DNA of 63,048 nucleotides, filler included, from Reclinomonas americana ATCC 50394 (Eukaryota): NCBI GenBank assembly GCA_048213135.1. It is 13 parts of 13 records of this genome, joined end to end, with 100 filler letters (N's around TTAATTAATTAA, not from the genome) between each part and the next. Parts side by side here need not be neighbours in the genome. Positions count along the whole stretch, not along the records: positions 15,168 to 26,967 come from AFZH01022813.1; positions 27,068 to 30,409 come from AFZH01022814.1; positions 30,510 to 37,974 come from AFZH01022816.1; 10 more parts are not named here. One strand, 5' to 3'. Shown piece by piece: positions 25,726 to 38,074 of this stretch (position 1 is its first letter; each line of letters starts with the position of its first letter). The notes under the pieces were generated by a model. It saw only the letters and a program-made list of their open reading frames with translations, ran no database searches and was not told where the DNA came from. The position numbers and the translations under genes were made by a program.

Positions 25726-26188
25726 GGTAAATGGCACAATGACGTCACAGCGATCGAGAGGGAAATTCATGTCCATCAACGAAGGCTCTGCGGCTTTTGG
25801 TTGGCTACGGTATGGGGGGGCTTTGGAAGGTGTCTCAGGCGGTAGAGGCCCTTGAGCACGTGAGACGGAACGCAGTGCAAGTGCAGCGCTGGTGCAATTG
25901 CAACTCATGTTGGATCACTTGCACGGCTCCGATCCGGATGCACGTGCCTGGCTGCTGTCAGCAAGTAAGCAGACAGCCTGCCGTATTGCATGTGACGGCG
26001 AGGAGAACGTGCTGTTTCAATGTGATCCACTGTGCGAAACTGAAAATCGCAAAAAAAGGCGCGAAGAGAAAACTCACAACCGAAGCAAGGAGCGCACGCA
26101 CCACACACCCGCGTCACCCACTCACCACACTCACAGTCAACTTCATCGACCGGCAATCGCAGGGACGCACACGAAGCATCGAGTCATC

Positions 26189-26967
26189 ATGTGTGGTTGG
26201 TTTCTTGTGACGTACTCACATTCACACGCACACACACTCTCTGCCTCCTCCCTCCATCTCTCTCTTCCTTCGCACACACACACACACACACACCACACGC
26301 AATGGAACGGGAGAGAGACTGAGAGAAAGAGAGACAACTCCCCACGCGCACGCTGCTGCGCTGTTTGAGGAGTGCATCTTGGGATCTCAATCAATGATGT
26401 TTTCGAACGCAGATCACCCCCACCACGACCACCATCATCATCACGCGCATGCAGGCGACGGCAGCAGCAGCGGTCTCGCAGTGTCGCCTCAGTCAACTGC
26501 CTCACCTGCGGGATCGGCTGCGTCCTCGGCCACCGCCACCACCGTGGCCACATGCGTGCACGATGCACTCGTGGATGAGCTGGTGCTCGATGGTGAGTCG
26601 CTGACCATCGAGTCGCTGATGCGTCTCCGCAACTCCAACGTGCGAGTGAGCATCGCGGAGGAGGCCATGGATCGCGTGCGTCGAGGTCGAGCGGTCGTCG
26701 ATGAGATTGTGCGCCAGGGTCGTGTCGTGTACGGCATCACCACGGGGTGTGTCAGTGTTTATCATCGGGTGTGCCTGTTGACTTTCGTCGCTATCGAGCC
26801 ACTCACTGCCTGCCCCGTGTGCAGATTCGGCAACTTTGCCGAGACCAGCATCACGCTGGACCGACTGGAGGAGTTGCAAACGAATCTCATCCACTCCCAC
26901 TGCTGTGGTGTTGGTGAGTGGCGATTACCACTCCCGTCCCCTCTCCCTCTCTCCCCCCTCTCTCTCC
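26189..26967 (+). CDS. HAL: Histidine ammonia-lyase, 5' part (cut by the contig end)
   Basis: LDGESLT...VYGITTG|FGNFAETSI...LEELQTNLIHSHCCGVG. The start is inferred from a 7-nt first exon (ATGTGTG); ATGs near 26394 are an alternative. Confidence 0.85.
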
Positions 26968-27067
26968 NNNNNNNNNNNNNNNNNNNNNNNNNNNNNNNNN
27001 NNNNNNNNNNNTTAATTAATTAANNNNNNNNNNNNNNNNNNNNNNNNNNNNNNNNNNNNNNNNNNNN

Positions 27068-27978
27068 CCGCGAGGAAGGAAACAGAGAGACGGGAAGAGA
27101 GAGTACCTTGACGTTATCATCGCGTTGCTCACTTTCAACTCCCCTCTGTGCGCATTCCAGGCTTCGCCTCGTCCACCGGCTTCTCGTCGTACGGCAGTGC
27201 AGCATTCGAGGTTGACGGCATGCCGCGATTGCCGGGTGCTCTCGGCAGCGTGCCCGCCTCTTCTGTGTTGAGTCGCGACTCTGCGTCGGGGCGCCTTCTA
27301 TTTCTTTGCGATACTGACTGCTTGTGGTGGTCACCGCAGACAAAATCTTGGCTTCTGGGAGATGCTGTCCAACATCCAGCGATACCCGTCGCCAAAGCTG
27401 CCCGAGGACGCCGGCTTCAGCGAGGAATTCCAGAGCTTTGTGGCCATGTGGTGCGTCTGCGAGCGTGGCGGTTTGGGGGCAAGGGCATTATGTCATTATC
27501 TCAGCCCACTCACTGCTGCTGTTCTGTGCATGCCACAGTCTTCAAAAGGAGCCACATGATCGGCCCACGGCGCACGAGCTGCTGGTACGGGCTTGTATGT
27601 TCTAGATGAAAGAAGATGGTCTTGCTGACCTACAGTGCTTTGTTTACTCGACATCGCGCAGCAAGAGCACCCGTTCCTGCGCATGTACGACAGCGAAGAC
27701 TACGTGCTGGCCGAGTTTTTGGAGCAAACATATTCGGGCGCGCAAGGTTACTTTGTCTTGCGTGTGTCATGCATGATAGAAACGAGTGGCGAGTGCTGAT
27801 TTTTTCATTGTGTGGTCTGACAGGAGCCAAGGGCTCACATGCCATGTCGTCCGACGAGGTGGGAAGACTGCTGGACGATGCACTGGGTGATTTGGGCATC
27901 CCAAAGAAGGGCTCCGGCTCAGCGTCGTCGTCGTCGTCGCGAGGCAGCGCTTCGTCGTCAGGCAGGAGTCGCAAGTAG
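27068..27978 (+). CDS. Protein kinase C-terminal part, STE/MAP2K-like
   Basis: GFWEMLSNIQRYPSPKLPEDAGFSEEFQSFVAMC|LQKEPHDRPTAHELL|..HPFL covers subdomains X-XI. Confidence 0.75.
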
Positions 27979-28819
27979 ACACGGTGCACACACGGCAAGT
28001 GCACAGCACACCGTGGCCACCGCCGGCTGTCCGCGCGTGTGTAGGGAGAACAACAATGTATCGAGTACGCGCTGCACATGCATCTCGAGTACGTGTTTTT
28101 AACAGATTTCGGATTTCACTTTTTTTCAGATTAGGGTTTTTCGCTTCTTCCTTAAAAAAACGGATTTTTCTCCTCTACCAGACCTCGCAAAGCCCTGCCG
28201 ACACTCACACCAGCAGTAAACAACACACACACATCTCTCCCTCTCTCACACCCAACTACCAGGAAAAAACTCCCACTCACAAAACGGCCGCATCATGCAC
28301 CGCTCGACACGCCGTGCCCGCAGAACGCACTGGGTATCCACCCAGGCGTCGAGGATTACAGAGCACGAGCGCAAACAGCGCACAACCGAGCGAATCGCAA
28401 GATGAGTAACAACCAACACGGGGGCGATTTGCCAAAAAATGAGAGAGAGAGATGAGGGCATGATGCATGCACCACCAGCGGCGACCACACAGAGACCACG
28501 AGGACAATTGAGAAAAGACAATATGCAGCAGAAGAACGCTCTCTCTTCGTGAGTGGAACACACAGAGCGGCGACAGAAGGAGAACGACGGGACCCGCAGA
28601 TAGCGACACTAGAATAGACGCTCCTTGCAAATCACCGCCAATAAACTGCCACCACCCCGTACGCCACTGCTCCGAAAGCGACACGGAACAGAGAGGTGCG
28701 TCTTCGCTGCGCAAAACAACACAACCACCACCACAACCACAACCACCATAACACCCTCACCAACCAACCAACCAACCACCACACCACAAGACCCCACATG
28801 CCGCCACCAGTGCGCAGCA

Positions 28820-30409
28820 TTAGCAGCAGGTCTTCTCCAGCTTGGGCCGCTTGTAGAGCGGCTCGGCCACATCGACCGACGGCGACACAAAGCTGCGCTC
28901 ACCGGCACCGCCACTGCTGCCGCCGCTCGAGCTGCCGGCCTGACAGGCCACATTGCGGTACAGGCGTGCCGAGGAAGACGGCAGTGTGGTGTCATCGTCG
29001 CTCGACGACGAATGCAATCCCTCGTCCGTGTCAGCATCGGCAAGGGAATGCAGACGTTTTCGACTGCCCATCGAGGCCGTCAACGAGACAAAGCGTGATT
29101 GCGACGGAGCGGCCACGGCAGACAGCGGTGTTGCGAGCACTCGTGCTCCAGCGCTGTCACCACACCCGCCCACCATGCCCGCGGCTGGTGATAGCGCCGA
29201 CATGACAGACGAGCTGGCACGCGGCATGGGAGTGACGGTCTCTCCGCTGCAGGCAGCTGCAGCAGCGGCTGCTGCTGCCGCCGCCGCCGCCAAGGACGAC
29301 AGGCCACGATCGACAGCCGCGGCTAATGAAGACATGCCACGGTCAACTGCCGTCGACGCGGCATGGCTGCTGCAGTCACTGGAGCCGACTGTCGAGTGCG
29401 ACGGCGGGTACGTGGGCGAAAACGTGGCCAAACGTGCCCTCCGCTGCTTCTCTTGCTGCATGGCACGGTACGCATGCGAGTCCCAGTCCACGAGCGGTCT
29501 GTGCTCAATAAACCACACGGTGAGCCGCAAGCGTGCACAAGACGGATGCATGGACGGCAGAGGGGGGGGAGGCACGTACCCTTGCGGGGGTTCGGGTGGT
29601 GAACCCTGCCAGAAAAAGTCGTGGTCCAACGCATCCGACGCACTGAGTCGCTGACTGGGGTCGAGCGCCAGCAGGCGATCCAACAAATCCACAAGCAGGT
29701 CCAGCTGCTCTGGCTCCCGCGCAAAGAGCGCCTCGTTGGGACTCTTGGCCCTGTTGGTGCAACGACAATCATCAACAACTGCAATCACGCGCGTCACTGC
29801 TGTGATGAACAGACGCACATGCGTTCGCGAAGAATGGATGACAACTGACGGTGTCGTGACTCGCGAGGACGCATTGCCTGGTATCCCGGAAGACAGTCCA
29901 CAGTGTCCCACGACTGCGTGTCGGGCGTGCCGCACATGGTGTAGATCTCATCCAGCTAGAAAACCGTAGCACCAGTAAGTGACCGTGTCACACACGTCCA
30001 CGCGCAATGCAACAACAGCACAGCTCGTGTACCTGAGCCATCTCCGTCCGCGAACTCATCAGCGGGGTGCCGAGAAACATTTCCGCAATCACACAGCTTT
30101 TTTTTTGATTGTCGTCGTACCATCACCGTCAGCATGACAGCCACACACAATGAATAGAGAGACGCGAGTGCACAAACTAACCCAGCACCCCAGCAATCCA
30201 CGGCGGCACCGTACGACTCGGCGAGCAACAACAACTCGGGCGGACGGTACCATCTTTTTTTCGGCACAGCAAAATGAGCACTTCTTCTTCTGCTGCTTCT
30301 CTCTCATCATTCTCTCGCCAACAGTAGGGTACCTCGCACAAACACGCGGAGTCATGCACTCGGTGCGCACTTTGCCGAGACCAAAGTCCGCCAGCTTCAC
30401 GGCACCGGT
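28820..30409 (-). CDS. Cyclin-dependent-kinase-like protein, C-terminal half with a long low-complexity tail
   Basis: VKLADFGLG, WYRPPELLL..SYGAAVDCWGAG, CVIAEMFLG, LLDRLLALDPSQRLSASDALDHDFF. Confidence 0.85.
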
Positions 30410-30639
30410 NNNNNNNNNNNNNNNNNNNNNNNNNNNNNNNNNNNNNNNNNNNNTTAATTAATTAANNNNNNNNNNNNNNNNNNNNNNNNNNNNNNNNNNN
30501 NNNNNNNNNGAGGATAAAAGTGTGGGGGGTTAACAACGACAAGGGCGTTGCCACCTCTCCCAAGGCTCGAATAACTAGCGGTAGGACATCGCCAGGACGA
30601 GGGGACACACCGACGCTCCATCAACCTTTCTTCTTCAAC

Positions 30640-33600
30640 ATGCAGCGCCGAGTGCAGGTCCTTGCACGCCATCTCAATGCAGGCGAGGATGCACATGTGA
30701 ACGACGACGACGAAGCGACCGTCGCTGTCGAAGAGTGTGCCTCCGACCGTCACCTCAATCGCACTCTCTCCACCAGTGTGGCACTCAAGACGCTGCACGC
30801 CAGCGATGTGGAGGCCATTTCCATGTTGCTTGGTGCGTGGCAAGAGTGAAGGAGAGAGAGGGAGAGAAAGAATGAGAAAGAGAAATGCGGAAAAGATGCA
30901 TTCTCACTTCTCCGTTTGTGTTTCCGTGCACAGACCCATACGAACGCGATCGGCGGCAGGCGGTTCGCGAGTATGTTCTGCAACATCGCGAAAAGATGAT
31001 GTTCAACTATGGTTTGCATTTTTCTCTCAATCTCTCTCTGCAGCTGCACACAACTGAATCTTTGTATCTCCGCGCTCTTTGTGTCACACGCAGCCGAGGC
31101 CGGCAGCATGGACGATCATCGCGACTTGGTTTCCGAGCAGTTTGATCTGCTCACCAAGTCCGGCCTCTTCTCTGTGTGGGAACTCCGCACGTTGCGCATG
31201 CTGCGCTGATGTATTTGCTCCCACGCCTTTGCTGACTGCGTGTGTGTGTGGCATGCAGCAATCCGCAAGCATTCATCACCGCCATGGTGGAGTGTTTCCC
31301 CCTTTGTTGCAATCACTTCGCCGCAGCTGCACTGCTCATTGTCGTGCGACTGTGTGCAGGAATCGCTGCTGGTGAACAACTCGAGTGTCGGTGTCAAGCT
31401 GTCGGTGCACTGCAATCTGGCCGGCGCCTCGGTCCTCAACATCGGCACCGAATGTTGAGAGAGTGTGTGTTTCTCCCTTGGTTGCCCCCTTGGCCTCTCC
31501 CTCACGTGCGCGCACAGACCACCACAAACACTTCATGCCAAAGATTGAGACGGGCGAGTGGGTAGGTGCGTTCATGATGAGCGAGCTCGGTCACGCCAGC
31601 GATGTGCGCAATCTGGAGACAGTGGCCGACTACGATCGGGAGCGCGACTGCTTCATTCTTCACACGCCCACCGACACTGCACAAAAGTACTGGGCCGGCA
31701 ACTCGTACCGCGATGCGCATTTTGCCGTCGTCTTTGCGCAGCTGCGTGTCGACGGCGTCAGCCACGGCATTCATCCGTTTGTGGTCATGCTGCGCGACGA
31801 CAAGAAGAAGCTGCTCCCGGTACGGTTGACAGAAGGACGGTTGCAGAGCACCACGCTCACTGACGCGCGCTGCAGGGCGTTCGAATCGCGGATGTCGGTG
31901 CCAAGCTGGGCCTCCTCGGACTCGACAATGGTCGATATCCTTGCATATTATTAACTCGCTTTCTCTCTCTTTTGTCACTCTGTTGCGTCGTCTGTTCTCC
32001 TTCACTGTTCGCTGCGCACAATCTGGTTCGATCATGTCGTCGTGCCGCGTGTGAATCTTCTCAATCGGTACGCCAGCGTCAACGAGCGCGGCGAGTACCA
32101 CATCTCGCCGAAAATCAAGTCCGCCGACCACCTCTTTGGCATGGTAAGCGCTCACTGGAGCGAGGGTGATGCGTGGTCATTGTTCTCACTCGCTGCGCAG
32201 CACTTGAGCGAGTTGTTGATTGCGCGCCTGATGGTCGGCGTCTCCAGCGGCGTGTACGCCCGCATCGGTCTGTGTGTGGCCGTTCGGTACGCCCTCCAGC
32301 GCCGCCAGTTCGGGCCCTCACTCAAGGATGAGGTGCCGATCATGACGTACCTGAGCCATCAGCGACGCCTGCTGCCGCCTCTCGCCAAAACGTGCGTGTG
32401 ACAGTGGGGGGGGAGCGGAGAAGGAGGAGGGGCGCATAATTCATGTCGGTGAGCACAGATACGCCCTGACATTCCTGTGCAACACCGCTCGCGAGGTGTA
32501 CGCCAACCGGACGGATGCCACGCTGAAGGATGTGCATCTCCTGTGCGCCGCTGTCAAGGCGGTGAACTCGTGGCATGCGATCGACACGCTGCAGGAGTGC
32601 CGCGAGTGTTGCGGTGGTGCGTGAGTGCGATGAAGAGAGTGAGAGAGACTGGTGGATAGCTGGTGAATGACACCATATTGCCAACCGCAGGTCAAGGCTA
32701 TCTCATGCGCAACATTATCGCACCGGCACGTCTTGATGCCGACGTGTTGGTGACTCTTGACGGGTGCGTCGGGTAGAACATGTATGAGTGCTTTCTCTCC
32801 GTAGTGCCCGAGTACACTCAACCTTTCGTCGCCCCACCAGTGACAACACGCTCCTGCTGCAGCAGGTTACCAAGTTGCTGTTGGATCAAGTGAAGCTGGA
32901 GATGCGTGGCAAGAGTCCGCTCACCATGACACTGGACTACATTGTCGGCGAGGTAGTCTGTGTGCAGTGCACCAGTTTTGTGTTCTTTCACTGATGACGT
33001 CGATGCGCAGTTGTCGCACGCGCTCCTTGGCGGCGTAGCCCCGACTGCACACGTGCAGTGGACGTCGGAGCATCTGCGCAGTGTCGACTTCCAGCTTCAG
33101 TTGCGCGCGGAACCGCATACGTCTCCGCATGTCCAGTCACTCATTCGTGTACAGTGCATTCCGCTACCGAGAGAGGCGACAGCTGATGGAGCTCGCCAAA
33201 CGTCTGCGCGATCTGATCAAGGACAAGGTGGACCTGTTTGATGCATGGAACTCGTCGCTGGATGATATTTGTCGGGTGGCGCGCTCTGCCACGCACCGCA
33301 TGGCACTCGAGGCGTTCCAGAAGGCGTTGAAAAAGGCCGAGCGTGACTTGCCGGGATCCGCGTCGTCGGCACTGCGACGCCTCTTTTCCCTCTATGCCCT
33401 GTGGACGTGCGTGATCTCTCAAAGTTGCATACAACTTGCTGTTGTTTTTCTCATGCAGCTGTCCACGTTGTGCAGCATGGAGACGGATCCGTGGTTTGTG
33501 AGCGAGGGCTACTTGTCGCGCCCCAAGTACCGCGCTCTCAAGTCCGAGGTGAATCAGCTGCTGGCGGAGATCGTTCCCGACGTGAGAGCGCTGGTGGATG

Positions 33601-33695
33601 CGTTTGGTTTCCCGGAGGAGGTGTTTGCCGGCACCATCGCATCGACGGTGGAGGATGTGGTGGCGGCCAATGCCTACGACGCGCCTCGTTCGTGA
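30640..33695 (+). CDS. ACX: Peroxisomal acyl-CoA oxidase with a PTS2 signal; multi-exon
   Basis: N-terminal RVQVLARHL (PTS2), GAFMMSELGHASDV, AQKYWAGN, GLDNG, AVRYALQRRQFGP, QECRECCGG.GY. Confidence 0.9.
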
Positions 33696-33749
33696 AGCGC
33701 CGGCTGTTGACTGGCCTTGACTGAGTGATCTTACGTAACAGTCATTACA

Positions 33750-36700
33750 TTATCTGGTTTCTTGTCTCTCAAAGTACGCGATCTGGTCGAGATTCACCGG
33801 GTACTCTCGAAGCCACTGGCTCCCACCGAGTAGTTGCATATTCTGTGCCAATTGAAACACCGGTCACTAGTCGGACGAGCGAGACACAGCAAACACTTTG
33901 CGCGCAACATTGCGATCCAGCCACACGCCCGGTGGTAGCCAAACTGCCAGCAGCACATTAGCGCATGTATATACACAGCGCGCAGAGCAACAGTCGTCAA
34001 AAACGCAACTGTCGCGCTGTCTTACGGCGCTCTCCAGCACCGGAGCCACCATGATCTTGTCGCCGACGACAAACTGAGAATTGCATGTCTGCGATTCGGG
34101 ATCCTCCGGTGCAATGGCCCTGCGTGTGCACAAACCATGCGTGATGCGCACGTGCGCGCGTCCATGCTCCACTAGATCGAGCCGCACTCACCACAGCGGA
34201 CTGATGATTTGTGTTCCGTCTTTCGTGGCACGATGAGCATAGGGAATCATGATCTGTGATTGCAGTGTGTGTGAGACGATGCCCGTTGATTTGCTATGCT
34301 CGGCTCCCACCTCGTCGGCTAGCTGCTCGTGCAACAGGGCAAACTTGAGCGCAATATCCACAGTCTCTTGATCGTAGTCCCAGGGTGCTATCGAGAACTG
34401 CATGGCCGGCATGAAGGCGGTCACCTGCAGCCACCGAATGTACAGCTCCTTCGGAGGCAGGGCCCCGTTGTTGCCATACGCGTTGCCACCTGGCCCGCAT
34501 TCGATTTTAGTGCCACAGATGTCAACACCACACATTGAGACACACTGCGCACCGATCATGTCGGGCAGAATGAATGGGTAGCCGAGCGCGCTGAACAGAA
34601 GTGCGCTGGTGACAACACTCGCAAGTCCATTGTCAAGACCCCACGTCGAGTCCTTGTCCAGCATGCGCACAAACAGTGGCGCGCGCTGCGAAAAGAACCC
34701 CGAGCGGACCTCTGCCAGTGGCGCAAAGTGTGCCGCCATCGCCACATACGCGGAGGTGTACTCGCCCGGCGAGCCCAGTGGCGAGTACGTCGAGAAGTAG
34801 GGTGGTAGGTAGTTCTGTGACAAGCGATTCAGAAAGAAAGAGAGAGAGAGAGAGAGAGGTACAACATGCAGAGAGAGAGAGAGAGAGAGAGAGATGTATG
34901 CTCACTGTTTCACCAGCGTCAAACTTGAACGAATCAACGCCGTACGAACTCTGAATGGACTGCAGACGCGACACAAACCACTGTGCACCAGTCGTTAGCT
35001 GGCTTGCTCGCTGGCAAACAGAAAAGGAGCAGTTCGTCGTACCCGTCTGGCAGTCGGATCGGTGACATCCAGCAACGCGCCGGTGCCGTGCCACCACTGC
35101 ACCTGGGCAGTCTGCTTGGAACGCGAGTCGGTGACGAAGAAGTTCTGTTGTACGCCGGTGTCGTAGGCAGACGATCCGGGGTTGGCGAACGGATGTACCC
35201 ACAGAGTCACTCGGATCTACACCGCCGCCAGTACATTGAGGAAACGGCATGAGGATACGGAGTGAAAAAAGGAGGTTCGAACCACAAACGCAACTCCCAT
35301 GTCCTGCAACGACGACACCATTTGTGCCGCGTTGGGGAATCGAGCAGGATCAAAGGTGAAGTCGCCATAGTGAGCCGAGTACTAACCAGGAGGGGGAGAA
35401 TGAGAGAACAAAAGGCGGGGGGCACACGTAGGAGTCAGTGGGCACGCACACTGTCGTCGATTTCCATTTGCGATATCGGGAAACCATGCTGAATGACTTG
35501 CTTGGCAAAGTCCATGACCACAGTCTCGTTGATGGCCGATCTGAGCGACACACACACAAAACATGAACAAGGCGACGAGGTGGAGAGGTGACAGCAAGAC
35601 GCCAAAGCAACTTGTAGCGCGCCCACGTGGACCACACAGGCTCACGAATCATGCGCTGATCCGGTATGTGTGCTGGTGTGGGGATCTTTCCCGAGAAGAA
35701 CAGGTGACGACGAGCCCGCTCCACATTCTCAGCACCGCAGACCGTGTACTGCGCGCGCACATACATGCGAGACGTGAGAAAGACGTGTAGAGCAAGTGCG
35801 CTTCGCACGCAATTGCACGCAACTCGCAGGGCCACTGTAGATGGATCCTGATCGCGCAGTCCAAAAGCCGCGTAGAATCCCACCGGATCCGCACGCAAGC
35901 ACAGTCGGTTGTCACTTCGAAGGCTGTACATGAGCGGAATGTCGCGGTCCACCAGGACCATGGCACCCGATGTCGAGTACCAGAGCGGCTGCAGCACACT
36001 GTTGAAGGCAGAGCGGTCGTCAAACGAGCCCACTGAACGGAAAGGCACCGGAGTCTCGCGAATGGCCTGGGAGAGGGGAAAGGGTTGGTTGCCAGGAAGA
36101 CTTGTACCGACACACAAGACAAGTGGGTGGAACCCACCAGGTTTGCTGGCCACACTTGCTCGTACGTCTCCCCACCGCCGTACCACGACACGCCGGCATC
36201 CAGCAGCACACAGTCTTCGAGGATTGAGTTGTCGTTCTCATTCGGCATCTGCTCGTGTCTCAGTTGCTTACGAGACTGGCTGGTGAGCGGGAGCGCAGCA
36301 CGCACCTGCCACTCGATGCGCGCACACCGATCGTCATCATCCAGCACGGGTGTGATTTGCAATCGCGTGGAGCCCCACGAGTACACACGATCGGAACCGA
36401 GACGCTCCGGATCACCCTTGCTATTGTTGTTGTTGTCATCATCAATCGGCAACTGCACGCCGAGCGCCAAGTGCAGTCGCTCCTTGCCGAGGAAGGACAG
36501 CGTGAAGAGACGGGTGGCCGGCGAAAAGCTCATGTTCATGCCGTCTGGCGAGAGAAAGAGAGAGAAGATTGTGAGATGAGGCCCAAGGGAGAGTGGGCAT
36601 TCCAGCTTTCTTCATTACCTGGACTTGGCGGATCTGGATTCAACATCCACAGCGCCAATCCAACGCCCGACACAGCCAGCAGCAGGCAGCCGACAATCAC

Positions 36701-37136
36701 GCAGGCAATGTATCGTCGTCGTCGATAGCGATTCTCCAGTGCTTCATCCGACTCCAGCTGGGGGAGAGTGAGTGGAGGGAGGGCGGGATCACTGTCTCTC
36801 TTGTCTTCTTCATCTCTCATTCTCTCTCTTTCCTTGCTTTCTCTCCTGCCTCTGTTCTCATCACTCGCCCCTGTTGTGAGTTGCAACGTCACTCACCCAT
36901 GTCGTGTCAGACCGTGTTTGGTGCTCAGAGATGAGCTGGTCAGTGCCGTCGTCTTGAATGCTGTTTGCTGCTGCCACACCGCCACCGCCGCCGCCGTGTG
37001 TGTCGCCCCCACCGAGGCGCATCGATCGCGCGCAATCGATACAAGAAAGGTGACGTCGCTGGTGGCAGGACAGCTTCGTTTCCCGTCGTCGGGGAGGGGT
37101 GGAGGCCCCGTTGGCACGCACACGCCTAAGCGCCAA
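33750..37136 (-). CDS. GH31 glycosidase, MYORG/NET37-like type II membrane protein; multi-exon, start uncertain
   Basis: TM segment YIACVIVGCLLLAVSGVGLALW; motifs WYGGGE, PVWSTWARYK, QMEIDD, LWVHPF, DSFKFDAGE, RMLDKDSTWG, ILPDMIG, ELYIRWLQ; terminal EYPVNLDQIAYF. Confidence 0.88.
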
Positions 37137-37368
37137 TGAGCAACCTCCTCCTCCTCAGCCGCCGATAGCCGTGCATGCAACTGTGCATGGAGAGAAATGT
37201 CAGATAATCAGCGAAACGACGAAATAAAACGTTCTTTCCGCAGTCGCAGCACGTGATGCACTTCTCTGTCGCCTGCCCACGCTGCGCACGATTGTTTCCA
37301 CAACGTCGCCGAAGCACTCCCCCGAATGCATGCGAGGCATGATAATAAATCGCCGTCACATGCGATAG

Positions 37369-37466
37369 GTCCACGTAGCACAGTCGTAATCTGGCGAGAT
37401 TTTGCCTGACTAGAGTGCGTCAGCCTCCGGAGTTGAAGGTCGCGGGTTCAAATCCCGCCGTGGACT
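37369..37466 (+). tRNA. tRNA-Arg(CCG) with a 26-nt D-loop insertion (putative BHB intron, 37388-37413)
   Basis: Acceptor GTCCACG/CGTGGAC; D-stem GCAC/GTGC; anticodon arm TCAGC-CTCCGGA-GTTGA; T-arm GCGGG-TTCAAAT-CCCGC; downstream oligo-T terminator. Confidence 0.88.
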
Positions 37467-38074
37467 TTATATTTTTTGTTTTTTCCTTTTGGCAGAGAGG
37501 ACAAAGGGAAGGAGAATGAGGTTCTGTGACGCATGCACATGCACCGCACATAGCAGGCAGCGAGGCACATGGCCGCGCCTTCCGACAGCTGCAGGAAATC
37601 GATGCATGCGATGCATGCACGATATTGCCTTCCACTTCAAAATCCTTCATCATCGCCGTCACAGGCCTCAATGGCGTACTGCAGTACAAGCAGAACAACA
37701 GCAGCGCAAGAGTTGTCAACCTTCTGTGGTCTCCATCGACGTCGCGATCGTCCGCAGCGGGAGATCTTCCGCGAACCGAACAAACAGAGTTCTCGATCCT
37801 TGCGCGCTGGCTGCTCGGAGCTGTGCAGTGACACCCTTTGCAAATGTCTACACGCGAGAACATCGACGCCGAGGTCGACCTCAGCTCACGGAGTTGCATT
37901 CTTTTTTCATGCAAATGAGCGGGCTGATTGCATGCACCTTCTCACACCCACACACACGCACACACACAGCCACTNNNNNNNNNNNNNNNNNNNNNNNNNN
38001 NNNNNNNNNNNNNNNNNNTTAATTAATTAANNNNNNNNNNNNNNNNNNNNNNNNNNNNNNNNNNNNNNNNNNNN

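Noticed and set aside
5476..26967. HutG-like and HAL genes as a histidine-utilisation cluster
   Set aside because: They are on different contigs separated by spacers and unrelated genes, so linkage cannot be claimed.
37386..37413. tRNA insertion read as a spliceosomal intron (GT...CTGAC.TAG)
   Set aside because: It is only 28 nt, far shorter than host introns, lies in a Pol III gene, and removal would leave a 5-nt D-loop. BHB geometry explains it better.
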